Shown piece by piece: positions 8,829 to 19,226 of a DNA stretch of 64,000 nt. How positions within the stretch are numbered: position 1 is the stretch's first letter; every line of letters begins with the position of its first letter. The stretch comes from an uncultured cyanobacterium (lineage in GTDB: Bacteria > Cyanobacteriota > Cyanobacteriia > Cyanobacteriales > CAWCAG01). The stretch covers positions 1,007,037 through 1,071,036 of the forward strand of contig CAWCAG010000009.1 in the NCBI GenBank assembly GCA_963793425.1, given 5' to 3'. The notes under the pieces were generated by a model. The model worked only from the letters and a program-made list of their open reading frames with translations, did no database searches and was not told the origin of the DNA. The position numbers were made by a program, and so were the translations under genes.

Positions 8829-9992
8829 TCAATGATCAGTTGAATCGACGATTTTGTCCTCGACTATGGCGTAGCCCCAGTGGGGATTTTGGTTTATTTG
8901 TTTGGTGACTAAACTTTTGCCGATGGGTGTGTGGTACATTCCTGCTAATGATTCGATGCTTGGGCGAGTTTGTGAGACTGTTTCCTCTTCCTTTGTTTGA
9001 GGCTTTTCTTCCTCTTGTGGTAAAGAAAATTGAGGGGCAATTTGTTCTAACTTAGCAATCACGCTTGCTTTGGTAACTTGATTTTTGGCAGTAAAAGAAG
9101 GGGGTAAATTAGGGGTTGTTACTCCCATTTCTTTGGCTTTAATTGCTTCGTCAGCTAGGCGATCGCACTTACGCAAAAATCCTGCCCAGAGATCCTTCGC
9201 TAAAACGGGGTTTCTTAAGTCTGCCCGCGCCCTAGCTACAGCACTTTCTAAGGGTTCTCCTTTTTGAAGATAATATTGGGTACGTTCTTCTTCTAGGGCA
9301 GGATAAGCAACCCCCGGTTCCACTTCCCACTCTTGTTGTACTTTTTGACTTGTGCCGAAAGGAATACCTTGATTAAATTCTTCCCAATAGGGAGAAATTA
9401 TCCCTTTACTGATGCTATCAATAATTTTAAATACCCAGCCAGAAGGATTGGAAAAACCAAGGTTTTTGGCATAGTTAAATAAAGCTTTTTGAAATGCCTC
9501 AAACTCTTGAGAAGTTTGCCAAGGGCCACTAAATTGGTAATGAGGGGTAACTTGAACAGAAATAGGTTGGCGACGTACAGGAAAGAAGGGATCGCTTTTA
9601 ACTTTTGCTACTAATTTTGTTGGGGTAAAAGCTACGGTATCAGAGTTAGTTAAAAGCCGCTCCAAAACTTGCCAATCAATGATCAACTCCCAAAGTTCAT
9701 CCTCTTGATTGATAAGTTGAAATTGTAGAAGCGATCGCCCCCGAAGTTGGTTTCTAGCCAAGTCTTGCTCAACACTACTCATACCAGTTATTGTCGTCAT
9801 TTCTTCAGTGGTAATTTGCACAGCATTTTGGCCCTTTGGTAGATTAAATTGACGTTGTATAATCTCTCCCAAAAAAACTGCTGTCACCACACCCCCTGTA
9901 GCTTTTGCTAATTGGGGATAATAAATTTGGGGAGCAGTCAAATATTGCCAAAATACCTCTAATTTCACTTTGCCTTGTACCTTAAATAACAA
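8829..9992 (-). CDS. Hypothetical protein (387 aa; start codon uncertain, tracked start is TTG)
   Basis: Long ORF convergent with 7181..8818. No motif recognised. Confidence 0.5.
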   Translation of the reverse strand: MLFKVQGKVKLEVFWQYLTAPQIYYPQLAKATGGVVTAVFLGEIIQRQFNLPKGQNAVQITTEEMTTITGMSSVEQDLARNQLRGRSLLQFQLINQEDELWELIIDWQVLERLLTNSDTVAFTPTKLVAKVKSDPFFPVRRQPISVQVTPHYQFSGPWQTSQEFEAFQKALFNYAKNLGFSNPSGWVFKIIDSISKGIISPYWEEFNQGIPFGTSQKVQQEWEVEPGVAYPALEEERTQYYLQKGEPLESAVARARADLRNPVLAKDLWAGFLRKCDRLADEAIKAKEMGVTTPNLPPSFTAKNQVTKASVIAKLEQIAPQFSLPQEEEKPQTKEEETVSQTRPSIESLAGMYHTPIGKSLVTKQINQNPHWGYAIVEDKIVDSTDH

Positions 9993-10110
9993 CTTTCGTG
10001 GAGAATTTAGCTATAAATCCGGTTGATTTATTTCTTTGGGTGTATACATCAATAATTCCATTAGCTTTATAATAATCAACTTATCAAAAGGATTGATTGA
10101 TCCTCCACCT

Positions 10111-11076
10111 ATGCCTAGTTATCCTGGAATATCTAGCGAAGCCTTCATACACCCCCTCGATAGAGAAGCAGAACAAACCCTGCGTCGCGTTCCTGGCTTT
10201 GAGATTCTCTCCCGCAGTTTTGTGGAGTTTCTTTATGAACGACCCCAACACGTTTATTTATTAGGTAATGCCATCCAAGCAAGCCCAAGGCAATATTCTA
10301 CTATTTATGGCATCGCTCGTGAATGTATTCGAGATTTAGATGTTGTTCCTGAGCCATTATTATTTGTTAGCCAAAATGCTCAAGCTAATAGTTATTCTTT
10401 AGGGAGAGAACAACCCCATATAATTCTCAATACAGGATTATTAGACTTACTTGAGGAGCAGGAAATTCGCACGATTATCGCCAGGGAATTAGGGCATATT
10501 AAGTGCGAACATACGACCTTAAGGCAAATGTCTCTTTGGGCTATGAATGCTGCTTCTATGTTAGGAGACATGACTTTAGGGTTAGGCAATCTCCTTAGTA
10601 GTGGTTTGCTTTACGCTTTTTATGAATGGCGTCATAAAGCCGAACTTTCAGCAGACAGGGCCGCTTTATTAGTTATTGATGATCTTCCCACCATTTTAAA
10701 AACCATGATGAAATTAGCTGGGGGATCTGCAAAATATGCTCAGGAAATCAGTTTAGCTGAATTTATCCGCCAAGGTAAAAACTATCAAGAATTAGACCGA
10801 GATAGTTTCAAAGAAATTTATAAATTTTTGCTTTACAATGGGGGCAATAATTCCTTTTTGACTCATCCTTTTCCCGTAGAACGCATTCATTACTTAGAGG
10901 AATGGTCAACCTCTCCAGAATACAATCGCCTTCGTCAGGGTAGTTATCAAAGTGGAAAATCCCCAGGAAGTGTAGAAGAGAACGACAAAGCCTCAGAAGA
11001 TGAAGTGAGTAGGTTACAAGAGCAAATTGAGAGACTGAAAGCGGAAATACATAAAGTGAAGTCTCAAGGAAGATAA
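10111..11076 (+). CDS. M48-family zinc metallopeptidase paralog with C-terminal coiled-coil tail
   Basis: HEXXH motif ARELGHIKCEH. The N-terminus MPSYPGISSEAFIHPLDREAEQTLRRVPGFE parallels the other M48 gene (EFRHPLDLQATRSLKQIPGLD). ATG at 10111; the tracked ORF starts upstream at a TTG. Confidence 0.8.
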   Translation: MPSYPGISSEAFIHPLDREAEQTLRRVPGFEILSRSFVEFLYERPQHVYLLGNAIQASPRQYSTIYGIARECIRDLDVVPEPLLFVSQNAQANSYSLGREQPHIILNTGLLDLLEEQEIRTIIARELGHIKCEHTTLRQMSLWAMNAASMLGDMTLGLGNLLSSGLLYAFYEWRHKAELSADRAALLVIDDLPTILKTMMKLAGGSAKYAQEISLAEFIRQGKNYQELDRDSFKEIYKFLLYNGGNNSFLTHPFPVERIHYLEEWSTSPEYNRLRQGSYQSGKSPGSVEENDKASEDEVSRLQEQIERLKAEIHKVKSQGR

Positions 11077-11397
11077 GAGTTTTTACGTAAGTAAGATACT
11101 TGGTTTTTGTCTATTTCTTATGAAGAAATGACTAGCTGTTTCGGAGTTGCCTCTTCAATAAGAAATAGTATATGTTTAAGCTAAGAAAAGGTGAAATTAA
11201 TTGGTATAAACCAGCAGCTTCTTCAATTTTTAGTCGCAACTACCAAACATTTTAAATAGTCAGCAAAAAAAATCTGCTCTTCGGATCAGAATTGATTTGT
11301 AGCCCCAACAAGCAATAAACACCAAAACCGCATCACTCAGCAGAATGAATAACTTTTAAGCGTCAACACTTAAGAAGAGAGTTGACATTTCTTTAGT

Positions 11398-12702
11398 ATG
11401 GTAAGCATGGATGAGCTAAAAAAAGAGAAAAGTTACAAGGCTAAATTACTTAAGCCAAAGATTGATCTTGCTCAAGCTTATATCTATAGCTTTTTCTTAA
11501 CTCTGGTCAACGAAAAAGAACCAGCTAAAGTCCTTAAAGAATTTCAACTCCTGTTTTTTGATTATTACGCTACTGAAGAAAATAGTGAAGCCGTTAGTGC
11601 CTTAGCAGAAATTCTCTTTGCTAACGATGAAGAAGCTTTTTTAAATACAATTAAACGCTGTTGCTACATCTTAATCAACAACTGGGAAAGAGACAGAGAA
11701 AAAGAAGCTATTCAGAAATTTGTTCAAGCTTTCTTAAATGAAGATTTTGACCAAGAACCAACTAATCAAGTAACAAGTCGCCTTGACGCTTGGTTAAAAC
11801 ATTTTGTTGAAAGTAAATACTTTGCTGAAATTAATATTTTCAAAACCAGCCAAGCTGAGCCAAAAACAGAACATTGGAGCAAAAGATATAATTCTTACTT
11901 ACTAGTTAATCAATATCTCAACACCAATAATTCCGCAGAACAAAGGGAAGCTGCTAAATTACTATCTCAAGAGTTAAGAAATAAGTTCAAATTCGATTTA
12001 GCTATGTATACTGCCCGTTCCGAGGCTAGCCATACCACGGAAGATAACGCTGAAAATCCCACTAATCTTGGTAAAGAAGCTCTACAACTAATTAAGAAAG
12101 TTTTAGCTAAACAAAAACATTTTGATTATGATAAATTAGCTAATATTTTCAACAAGCAAATACCAGGACTTCGTTACAGAAGTTTCAAGACTTATTTAGC
12201 TAACTACCTTTTATATACTTTAGAAGGAGAAAAAACCACTAAAGCGATCAGAAATCAGTTAAATAAAAAGCTTGATTTTCTCTATGAAGAGTACGATGAT
12301 TGTTTTCTTGATGATTCATTAATACTGCGTAGTTGCAATCGTGTTATCGATTATTTAACCTTAGAAAGTGAAAATAGTCCTGGGGAAATATTTATTCTTC
12401 TCATGTCCCAAGAAGATCGGCTATCTTTAGTGATTATTATGCTCAAGCTGATTTTATTTTGTCCTTATTCTCGTACTCACTTAGAAACTAGAGTTGGTGA
12501 ATTAATTGAATATTACAACGATTTTCCAGAAGCGGATTGTAAGTGGTTAGTACATTTTTTTGATATTTTTCAAATCATTTTCACGATTTTTGCTGATAGT
12601 GAGGTTGAATATAATCTGATCAAAGTCAAAGAAGATCCAGGATTTTCTTTAGATAGTTATCGTATTTTTTCTATGTATAGGAAGTCACCTAAAACTGTTT
12701 AG
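11398..12702 (+). CDS. Conserved hypothetical protein (434 aa)
   Basis: Long ORF with an ATG start. No motif recognised. Confidence 0.55.
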   Translation: MVSMDELKKEKSYKAKLLKPKIDLAQAYIYSFFLTLVNEKEPAKVLKEFQLLFFDYYATEENSEAVSALAEILFANDEEAFLNTIKRCCYILINNWERDREKEAIQKFVQAFLNEDFDQEPTNQVTSRLDAWLKHFVESKYFAEINIFKTSQAEPKTEHWSKRYNSYLLVNQYLNTNNSAEQREAAKLLSQELRNKFKFDLAMYTARSEASHTTEDNAENPTNLGKEALQLIKKVLAKQKHFDYDKLANIFNKQIPGLRYRSFKTYLANYLLYTLEGEKTTKAIRNQLNKKLDFLYEEYDDCFLDDSLILRSCNRVIDYLTLESENSPGEIFILLMSQEDRLSLVIIMLKLILFCPYSRTHLETRVGELIEYYNDFPEADCKWLVHFFDIFQIIFTIFADSEVEYNLIKVKEDPGFSLDSYRIFSMYRKSPKTV

Positions 12703-12815
12703 CCTGTTTTAATATTTCCTCCACAACAGGAATGACCATAAAACGCCAACCTCAACTATTAAGGGACGTTTTACGGGACTCATGCCAACTACGGTAAATC
12801 AAAGCAAAGCTGATT

Positions 12816-12989
12816 TTATTGAGAATCTCCCAAAGAAATATCTTCTCCTAAAGGATTTTCTAACTCGTCGCCTAAGAGTAAAGACATTTGTTCCAAGAGT
12901 TCTGTGTCTTCTTCATTTAAGTCGTCTTGTTGAGGATTGTGGGCAATGATGGGAAGATTCACTTCGTATAAGACTTTGGTCAATGACAT
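12816..12989 (-). CDS. Possible small acidic protein (57 aa), below the ORF-track cutoff
   Basis: My translation: MSLTKVLYEVNLPIIAHNPQQDDLNEEDTELLEQMSLLLGDELENPLGEDISLGDSQ*. ATG at 12987-12989, TAA at 12816-12818. No homology evidence available. Confidence 0.25.
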   Translation of the reverse strand: MSLTKVLYEVNLPIIAHNPQQDDLNEEDTELLEQMSLLLGDELENPLGEDISLGDSQ

Positions 12990-13317
12990 GGCTTTTTCTC
13001 GTACTTACTTAGGTTTTTATATTCTCAGAGATTTTTCTTCTTGATTCATTGACCTAAATCAGGAAAAAAGTGTGAATATCCTCAGTAAGAATGATGATGC
13101 AGGTAAAGTGGTTTTGGCGATCGCAATTCGACTTTTGTCGGATCTAAGTCACAAGATGCAGAGTCTAAAGCTTCTGTCCCCCAATCAGTAATCCTCCTTT
13201 AGGGGAGCTTTAGCTAAAGTTACTGCTCAAATGTTCCCAACCTTTTCTAGCATTTAGTTTTGGATGATATTTATGTTTTTTAAACAGAGACGCTGCAAGC
13301 AACGCCTCTTTTTTCAC

Positions 13318-14790
13318 CTATTCTTCCTTAATTGCAATATCTAAAGTTTCTACTTCCACATCCAATTCTTGTAAAGGTGGTTGAATCTCTTCTCCATTTC
13401 CTACAACAATGGTCACAATCTGCTCTGGTTGCAGATATTTTTGAGCTACCCTTTGAATATCGGCAATGGTAGTTGCTTTAACTTGACGCTGATACTCAAA
13501 AATAAAATCAGCCGGATAACCGTAATATTCATAACGCATCAACCGAGATAGGGTTTGACTAGGATCGGCGAAGTTGAAGACAAAAGAATTAAGGATTGAT
13601 TCTTTGGCATTGGCTAATTCCTGGGCCGTTATTGGTTCTGTACGTAGCTTAGCAATTTCCGCTTTAATCGATTTAATAAAAGGAACCGTTGCCTCTGAAC
13701 GAGTTTGTCCCCCAGCAATAAAAATGCCAGGATAGTCATAGCGGGGACTCCAAAAACCATAGACAGAATAAGCTAAACCTTGACGTGATCGCACTTCGTT
13801 AAATAAACGCCCTCCAAAGCCGTTGAGGACTTCATTCATGACGTTAAGTTCAGGATAGTCAGGGTTATCAAATTGACCCCCAAGATGCCCTAGGAGGATG
13901 TTACTTTGGGTTAATTGAGGTTGGTTGACAAAAAATATGCCGTTACTATTTTTCTGGGTTGCTTGGGGAACTGTGAGTTTGTTTTCCCCGGAGGCAGGTT
14001 GCCAATCACCAAACTTAGCCTCGATTAACTCTTTGACTTCCTGGGCATTAAAGTCCCCAACAATGCCCAAAATGACATCTTCGGGGTGGAAGTATTGGTT
14101 GTAATAATCCACTAAGTCCTGGCGTTCAATATTACCTAAAGTGGCATACTCTGTAGTACGAGCGTAGGGACTTTCTTGCCCATAAACCAGTTTTCTAAAC
14201 TCCCTGCTGGCAATAGCCCCAGGATCATCATTGCGACGGGCAATGTTACCCTGTTCTTGGGTTTTAGCTAGTTCTATTTTAGCTTCACTGAAAGCGGGGG
14301 AACGCAACACCTCTGCAAAGAGAGCAAATACTGTAGGAAAATCTTCGCTTAAGGCACTGAAACTACCACCGCCAGAACTATCACCGATAAAAGTTTCTAC
14401 CGAAGCTGCCCTTTGTTCGAGCATTTCGTTTAACTGATCAGGAGGATGTTTCATGGTTCCCCCGGTACGCATAACTGTCCCCGTTATTTGGGCTAAACCA
14501 GTTTCATTGCCATCTTCCCAACGCGAACCTGTACGAATGATCGCACTACCGCCAACTAAAGGCAGTTCTTTATCTTCGATTAGATAAATTACCATACCAT
14601 TATTAAGTTCGTAGCGTTCGTACTCCGGTAACTTAACCTCTGGTAAGGGGGGAAATTCTAATTGATCGTGGTATTTGGCTGTAGCTGCTAGGGAAAAGTT
14701 GGTTTCCCCCCCACCAATAACTACCAAAAATACTGTGAGGATAACTATTCCCAGCCAACTGAAGCGCTTCATTTGTTTCTTTGTAACCAT
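13318..14790 (-). CDS. M16-family peptidase, non-catalytic-type subunit (lacks HXXEH)
   Basis: 490 aa with an N-terminal signal/anchor. The pitrilysin-like fold is inferred from similarity to its upstream paralog. GLAQITGTVMRTGG occupies the zinc-motif position. Confidence 0.75.
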   Translation of the reverse strand: MVTKKQMKRFSWLGIVILTVFLVVIGGGETNFSLAATAKYHDQLEFPPLPEVKLPEYERYELNNGMVIYLIEDKELPLVGGSAIIRTGSRWEDGNETGLAQITGTVMRTGGTMKHPPDQLNEMLEQRAASVETFIGDSSGGGSFSALSEDFPTVFALFAEVLRSPAFSEAKIELAKTQEQGNIARRNDDPGAIASREFRKLVYGQESPYARTTEYATLGNIERQDLVDYYNQYFHPEDVILGIVGDFNAQEVKELIEAKFGDWQPASGENKLTVPQATQKNSNGIFFVNQPQLTQSNILLGHLGGQFDNPDYPELNVMNEVLNGFGGRLFNEVRSRQGLAYSVYGFWSPRYDYPGIFIAGGQTRSEATVPFIKSIKAEIAKLRTEPITAQELANAKESILNSFVFNFADPSQTLSRLMRYEYYGYPADFIFEYQRQVKATTIADIQRVAQKYLQPEQIVTIVVGNGEEIQPPLQELDVEVETLDIAIKEE

Positions 14791-14826
14791 TTCTTGCTTA
14801 ATAGTTAGTAAATCTTCTTGTGTTGC

Positions 14827-16404
14827 TTATTCCCCATTGCCTTCTTGAGAAAGCAATCGACCAATGGTACGATTTTCTGGGGTAAAGGTTGCTTGAGAAA
14901 CTCTTTGCACATCTGCTGCATTTACTGTTGCGATCGCCTCTAATTGTTTAAAAAGGTTGCGCCAGTCTCCGGTGAGGACTTCATACTTAACTAATAACTG
15001 CCCCATACCAATATTAGAATCGAGGGAACGCAATAATTCTGCCCTGGCTTGGGTTTTTACCCGATTTAACTCTTGGAGGGAAACTGGTTCTGTTTTCAGC
15101 CGTTTAATTTCTACTTCCAAAGCTTTAGCCACATCTTCAACGCTACTGTTCGGAGCAGTGAGGGCATAAAAAAGCATGAGGTTAGGATATTTTTCTCCAG
15201 GAAAACCACTCAATCCTTGGGCGGTTAAAGCGACTTGCTTTTCTTCTACTAAAGATTTGTAGAGGCGAGAAGTTCTACCATCACTAAGTAAGCGAGAAAT
15301 TATTTCATAGACAGCATGATCGGGGTGGTTAATGGAAGGGCGATGATAGCCTTCAAGATACCAAGGTTGAGAATTTAACTCTAGGGTAACTTCCTTAGTT
15401 TGGGTTTGAGATGGCTCTACCTTTGTCACTTCCGGAGGTTGGGCTTTAGCGGGGTAACGCCCAAAATAAACCTCGCTTAACTCCTTAACTTCTTGAGGAT
15501 CTATATCACCAACAATAGCTACGGTTAAGTTATTAGGGGCGTAATGGGTGGTAAAAAACTCTTCAACATTACCCCGTTCTAAATTGCGAATATCTTCGTC
15601 GTAGCCGATTACAGGACGCTTGTAGGGATGAACTTCGTAGGCGGTATCGAGAAACTCTTCAATCATTTTACCCACCGGAGAGTTATCTGTTCGTAACCGA
15701 CGCTCTTCTAATATGACTTCTTTTTCTTTATAAAATTCCCTAAATACCGGATCAAGGAAGCGTTCCGACTCCAAAGCCATCCATAATTCTATTTTATTGG
15801 CAGGTAAGCTATAAAAATAAATTGTATAATCCGCTGAAGTAGCCGCATTTAAGCCTTCTCCTCCAGATGTTTCGACAATTTGGCCAAATTCATTTTGTTT
15901 GGCATATTTAGTAGCTTCGGTTTCAACTTCAGCAAACTTTGCTTGTAGTTGGGCTACTTTAGCTTCATCCCCCGCCTCTTTTGCTGCTTTGATTTCCTCA
16001 AATAAGCGATCTAATTCTTCTAAAAGAGGCTTTTCCGCTTCGTAATTATTTGTACCAATGCGCCTTGTACCTTTGAAAGCTAAGTGTTCCAGGAAATGAG
16101 CTACCCCTGTTTTACCATCAGGTTCATTAGCCCCCCCCACATCAGCATAGGTAACAAAAGAAACAATCGGGGCTTTGTCCCTCTTTAAGAGTATGAACTT
16201 CATACCATTATCTAGTTCATATTCTGTAACTTGTTCTACAACCCGATCTAAATAAGGCTGAATTGAACTTGGAGTTTCTGTGGGGGTTTGCGCCAAAGCA
16301 ACGTTGGGTAAAAAGCTCCCCACTAACATAATTGAAGAGCAAAAACTGATTAACTTATAATTCCAGCTATTGCGTCGAAAACAATCTTTCAATATTTTCT
16401 GCAT
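14827..16404 (-). CDS. M16-family (pitrilysin/insulinase) zinc peptidase, catalytic-type subunit
   Basis: Inverted zinc motif HFLEHLAFKG (HXXEH). 525 aa with a signal-like N-terminus. It sits 36 nt upstream of the second M16 gene. Confidence 0.85.
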   Translation of the reverse strand: MQKILKDCFRRNSWNYKLISFCSSIMLVGSFLPNVALAQTPTETPSSIQPYLDRVVEQVTEYELDNGMKFILLKRDKAPIVSFVTYADVGGANEPDGKTGVAHFLEHLAFKGTRRIGTNNYEAEKPLLEELDRLFEEIKAAKEAGDEAKVAQLQAKFAEVETEATKYAKQNEFGQIVETSGGEGLNAATSADYTIYFYSLPANKIELWMALESERFLDPVFREFYKEKEVILEERRLRTDNSPVGKMIEEFLDTAYEVHPYKRPVIGYDEDIRNLERGNVEEFFTTHYAPNNLTVAIVGDIDPQEVKELSEVYFGRYPAKAQPPEVTKVEPSQTQTKEVTLELNSQPWYLEGYHRPSINHPDHAVYEIISRLLSDGRTSRLYKSLVEEKQVALTAQGLSGFPGEKYPNLMLFYALTAPNSSVEDVAKALEVEIKRLKTEPVSLQELNRVKTQARAELLRSLDSNIGMGQLLVKYEVLTGDWRNLFKQLEAIATVNAADVQRVSQATFTPENRTIGRLLSQEGNGE

Positions 16405-16607
16405 ACTTTTAGGCTCTAGTACCGATTTATTTTAGCAAGGTGATTAGAATAAAATCCTTGCTTTAAGCTAAAAAGGGTAAGACCTTATGACACAAAATAG
16501 GCTATAACTGTTTCTCTTAACGATCTGTGAAGCTTTGATCTTGATTAGGGCTTCTTGTTAGAAAATAACTCTACGGTTTTCAAGCCAATTTAATAAGTAA
16601 AAATGCT

Positions 16608-17240
16608 ATGCGAGTTTTTAGTCAGCGTTCCGTTGGAAAAGTAACCAGTAACTCAGAAGAAGATACCCGTAGTCGTATCTTAAAAGCTGCCTTACCTTTA
16701 TTTGCCCGTCAAGGTTACGACGGCACAACTACTAAAGATTTAGCTACGGGTGCAAAGGTGGCAGAAGGGACGCTGTTTCGTCATTTTGCTAACAAAAAAG
16801 CTATCTTAATTGAAGTGGCAACCCAGGGTTGGATAGAAATTCTCACTGACTTACTGACAGAATTAAGTGAAATGGGTAGTTACAAAGCTGTTGCCCAAGT
16901 TATGCGTCGGCGTATGTTTCGCATGAAGGAAAATAGCGATATGATGCGCGTTTGCTTCACCGAAGCGCAGTTTCACCCGGAATTGCAAGAAAAGATTCAA
17001 TCAGAGGTGATTGAAAAGATGACGGATGTAGCGGAAGCATTTTTCCAAACTGCTATGGATCGGGGCATCTATCGCCGTACCAATCCTAAAATTGTTGCCC
17101 AAGTGTTTTTAGGTATGTTTGCGATCGCCGGTTTTTCAGAAAATACAATTATTAACCCTGATGCTTCCCCTCAAGCGATGCAAGAAATGGCCGAAGGTAT
17201 TGCAGATATTTTTCTCCATGGAGTTTTAGTGAAAGAATAG
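16608..17240 (+). CDS. TetR/AcrR-family transcriptional regulator
   Basis: N-terminal HTH signature RSRILKAALPLFARQGYDGTTTKDLATGAKVAEGTLFRHF. Divergent from the M16 peptidase pair. Confidence 0.85.
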   Translation: MRVFSQRSVGKVTSNSEEDTRSRILKAALPLFARQGYDGTTTKDLATGAKVAEGTLFRHFANKKAILIEVATQGWIEILTDLLTELSEMGSYKAVAQVMRRRMFRMKENSDMMRVCFTEAQFHPELQEKIQSEVIEKMTDVAEAFFQTAMDRGIYRRTNPKIVAQVFLGMFAIAGFSENTIINPDASPQAMQEMAEGIADIFLHGVLVKE

Positions 17241-17353
17241 GTATCTTTAAGTGATAGATAATAGGCTATATTTAGTTTGAATGATTGGCTATGGCACTTT
17301 TAGATAGCAGCGTTTAATAAATTAGACATCTGTAAAACTGGAAAGTATTTTAG

Positions 17354-18679
17354 TTATGAACCTTCATTTAAACGCCTCTGCCACTCCGCATCAATTTTGT
17401 CGGCTTGTTCTAAATCTTGCTCTAATAAATCCTTTTCGGTAGAATAGGCAAGATCGTTTTGGGTGATAGCTTTGTTGGCAGCAAATTTACGAGCAAAGGC
17501 TAGTTTCTTTTGCAATTGAGGAGTTGCTTCATTTAAGGCGATCGCCAGTTCTTGGCGTTGGAGAGAACGCTTTTCAATGCGGCTATTTTTCCTTTGCAGC
17601 AAGAAGTAGCGAATTAAGGGTATGCCCAAGAAGGCGATTCCATAGCCGAGTAGGAACCAATAAATTGAGTTAACGAAGGCGATTAAACCAATAGATTGAA
17701 TGGCTAAATCAGGACTACGCAACATTGAACCCAAAACTAAAGCGAGGATGAAATTAGCTGATCCCAAAATCACTGCAAACATAGTTTGGCCGCTGGTTGC
17801 CTTGCTGAAACGCCAAGGTAATTCTTTTAAGTAAGAGGAGACAGATTTTTGTTTTTGCTTAGAGGCACTCACCTGTAATTCTGGGAAGTGGTAGATGATG
17901 CCACCTTGGGGAGATACTTCCGGATAGCCATTGAAACGGGCTAACACTGGAAGCAGATATTCTTCGTATTCGTAGGCGTTGCTATTTTTGTCTAAATCGT
18001 CCATGTAAGGGGCAATTTGTTCAGCAATTACTGCACCCCCGTTATTACGAATAGTTACCCCAATATCATGCCAGCGTCTTTCTTCTAGATTCCAATTAGG
18101 ATCACCATCCCCAAACAGAAAAGAAAAGATTGCTTCTAAGAAAGACATCTTCGGTTTTTCTGAGGAACCTTTGTGGCGAGGCTGCCTCTGGTAATAGGAA
18201 TTGTAACCCGGATTAAACCACCAGAAAATATCTGGCCCAAACCAAAAACGAGGTAGATAGAAAAAGTTAAAACTACCGCCGCTAGAACGATTATCCCCAT
18301 CATCGCCATCGCGGGAACTGTTCATGGCAATAAAAATAACGACAATTGCCGCTAACATCAGAATAATAGAAAGAATGAGGACAATACCAAAAGAAATGCG
18401 GAGTAAGTAAAATAAGGTTTTGCTAACCTTTTGCCACCATTGCTTAAACCGCAACTGCCAATATTTGTTATTGAGAATAGAACGAAAGTTTTTCGGAAAT
18501 TCGTAGGCAATATCTCCTGACTCTGCTACTTGTAAATGTCCCCCAGCATCGGAGGCTAAAGCAAGTAATCCTTGCTGAGTTTCATTAAGTTCTAAACCAA
18601 TATTCGCAGCCACATCACCGACAGTTACTCGGTAATTTAACTGTTCAATTGCTTGCATTATGGCAGGATTATGGGCCAT
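17354..18679 (-). CDS. Conserved hypothetical membrane protein (441 aa)
   Basis: Long ORF with several hydrophobic helices (e.g. FGIVLILSIILMLAAIVVIFIAM). No catalytic motif recognised. Confidence 0.55.
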   Translation of the reverse strand: MAHNPAIMQAIEQLNYRVTVGDVAANIGLELNETQQGLLALASDAGGHLQVAESGDIAYEFPKNFRSILNNKYWQLRFKQWWQKVSKTLFYLLRISFGIVLILSIILMLAAIVVIFIAMNSSRDGDDGDNRSSGGSFNFFYLPRFWFGPDIFWWFNPGYNSYYQRQPRHKGSSEKPKMSFLEAIFSFLFGDGDPNWNLEERRWHDIGVTIRNNGGAVIAEQIAPYMDDLDKNSNAYEYEEYLLPVLARFNGYPEVSPQGGIIYHFPELQVSASKQKQKSVSSYLKELPWRFSKATSGQTMFAVILGSANFILALVLGSMLRSPDLAIQSIGLIAFVNSIYWFLLGYGIAFLGIPLIRYFLLQRKNSRIEKRSLQRQELAIALNEATPQLQKKLAFARKFAANKAITQNDLAYSTEKDLLEQDLEQADKIDAEWQRRLNEGS

Positions 18680-18938
18680 ATCCTTACCTCTATTTATTAA
18701 GTTCTTGTTTACTATTATAAAAGCTCAGAGATTTACGGGATTTCCACAAAAGGGTTGGTAATGTTATCCTAAATAATCATCTTTCAAACACTATAAGTGT
18801 GTTTGTTTAACATCCTGGTCAAGACTTAATTCAAAATCATCTCTAAATAGCTACAGTTCTTTATTAAAAGTAGAATGATGCAAGTTGCCAGAAAAAGTCT
18901 TGGTTTCCTATTGTGGTGGATGGATATAGTGAGGAATT

Positions 18939-19226
18939 ATGTTCCTCACTATATCTTCATTCTACTACACTTCTCCAGCCCTAGCCCAACCCATAACCCC
19001 AGCCAGTGATGGTACAGGAACATTAGTTGATATTAATGGCAATCAATTTAATATTACTGGCGGTTCTTTTTCTGGTGACGGGAGAAATTTATTTCATAGT
19101 TTTCAACAATTTGGCTTAAATGCTAATCAAGTTGCTAACTTTCTTACTAATCCCCAGGTTGCCAATGTTTTAGGTAGGGTGGTGGGGGGAGATGCTTCGG
19201 TTATTAATGGTTTAATCCAGCAGGAC
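18939..19226 (+). pseudogene. N-terminal fragment of a two-partner-secretion (filamentous-hemagglutinin-type TPS domain) exoprotein
   Basis: Contains [10 protein letters not shown]...NQFNITGG...[13 protein letters not shown]...[17 protein letters not shown], a typical TPS domain start. Homology stops at about 19224, where an IS transposase fragment abuts. The upstream ATGs (18875/18878) are in another frame. Confidence 0.7.
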
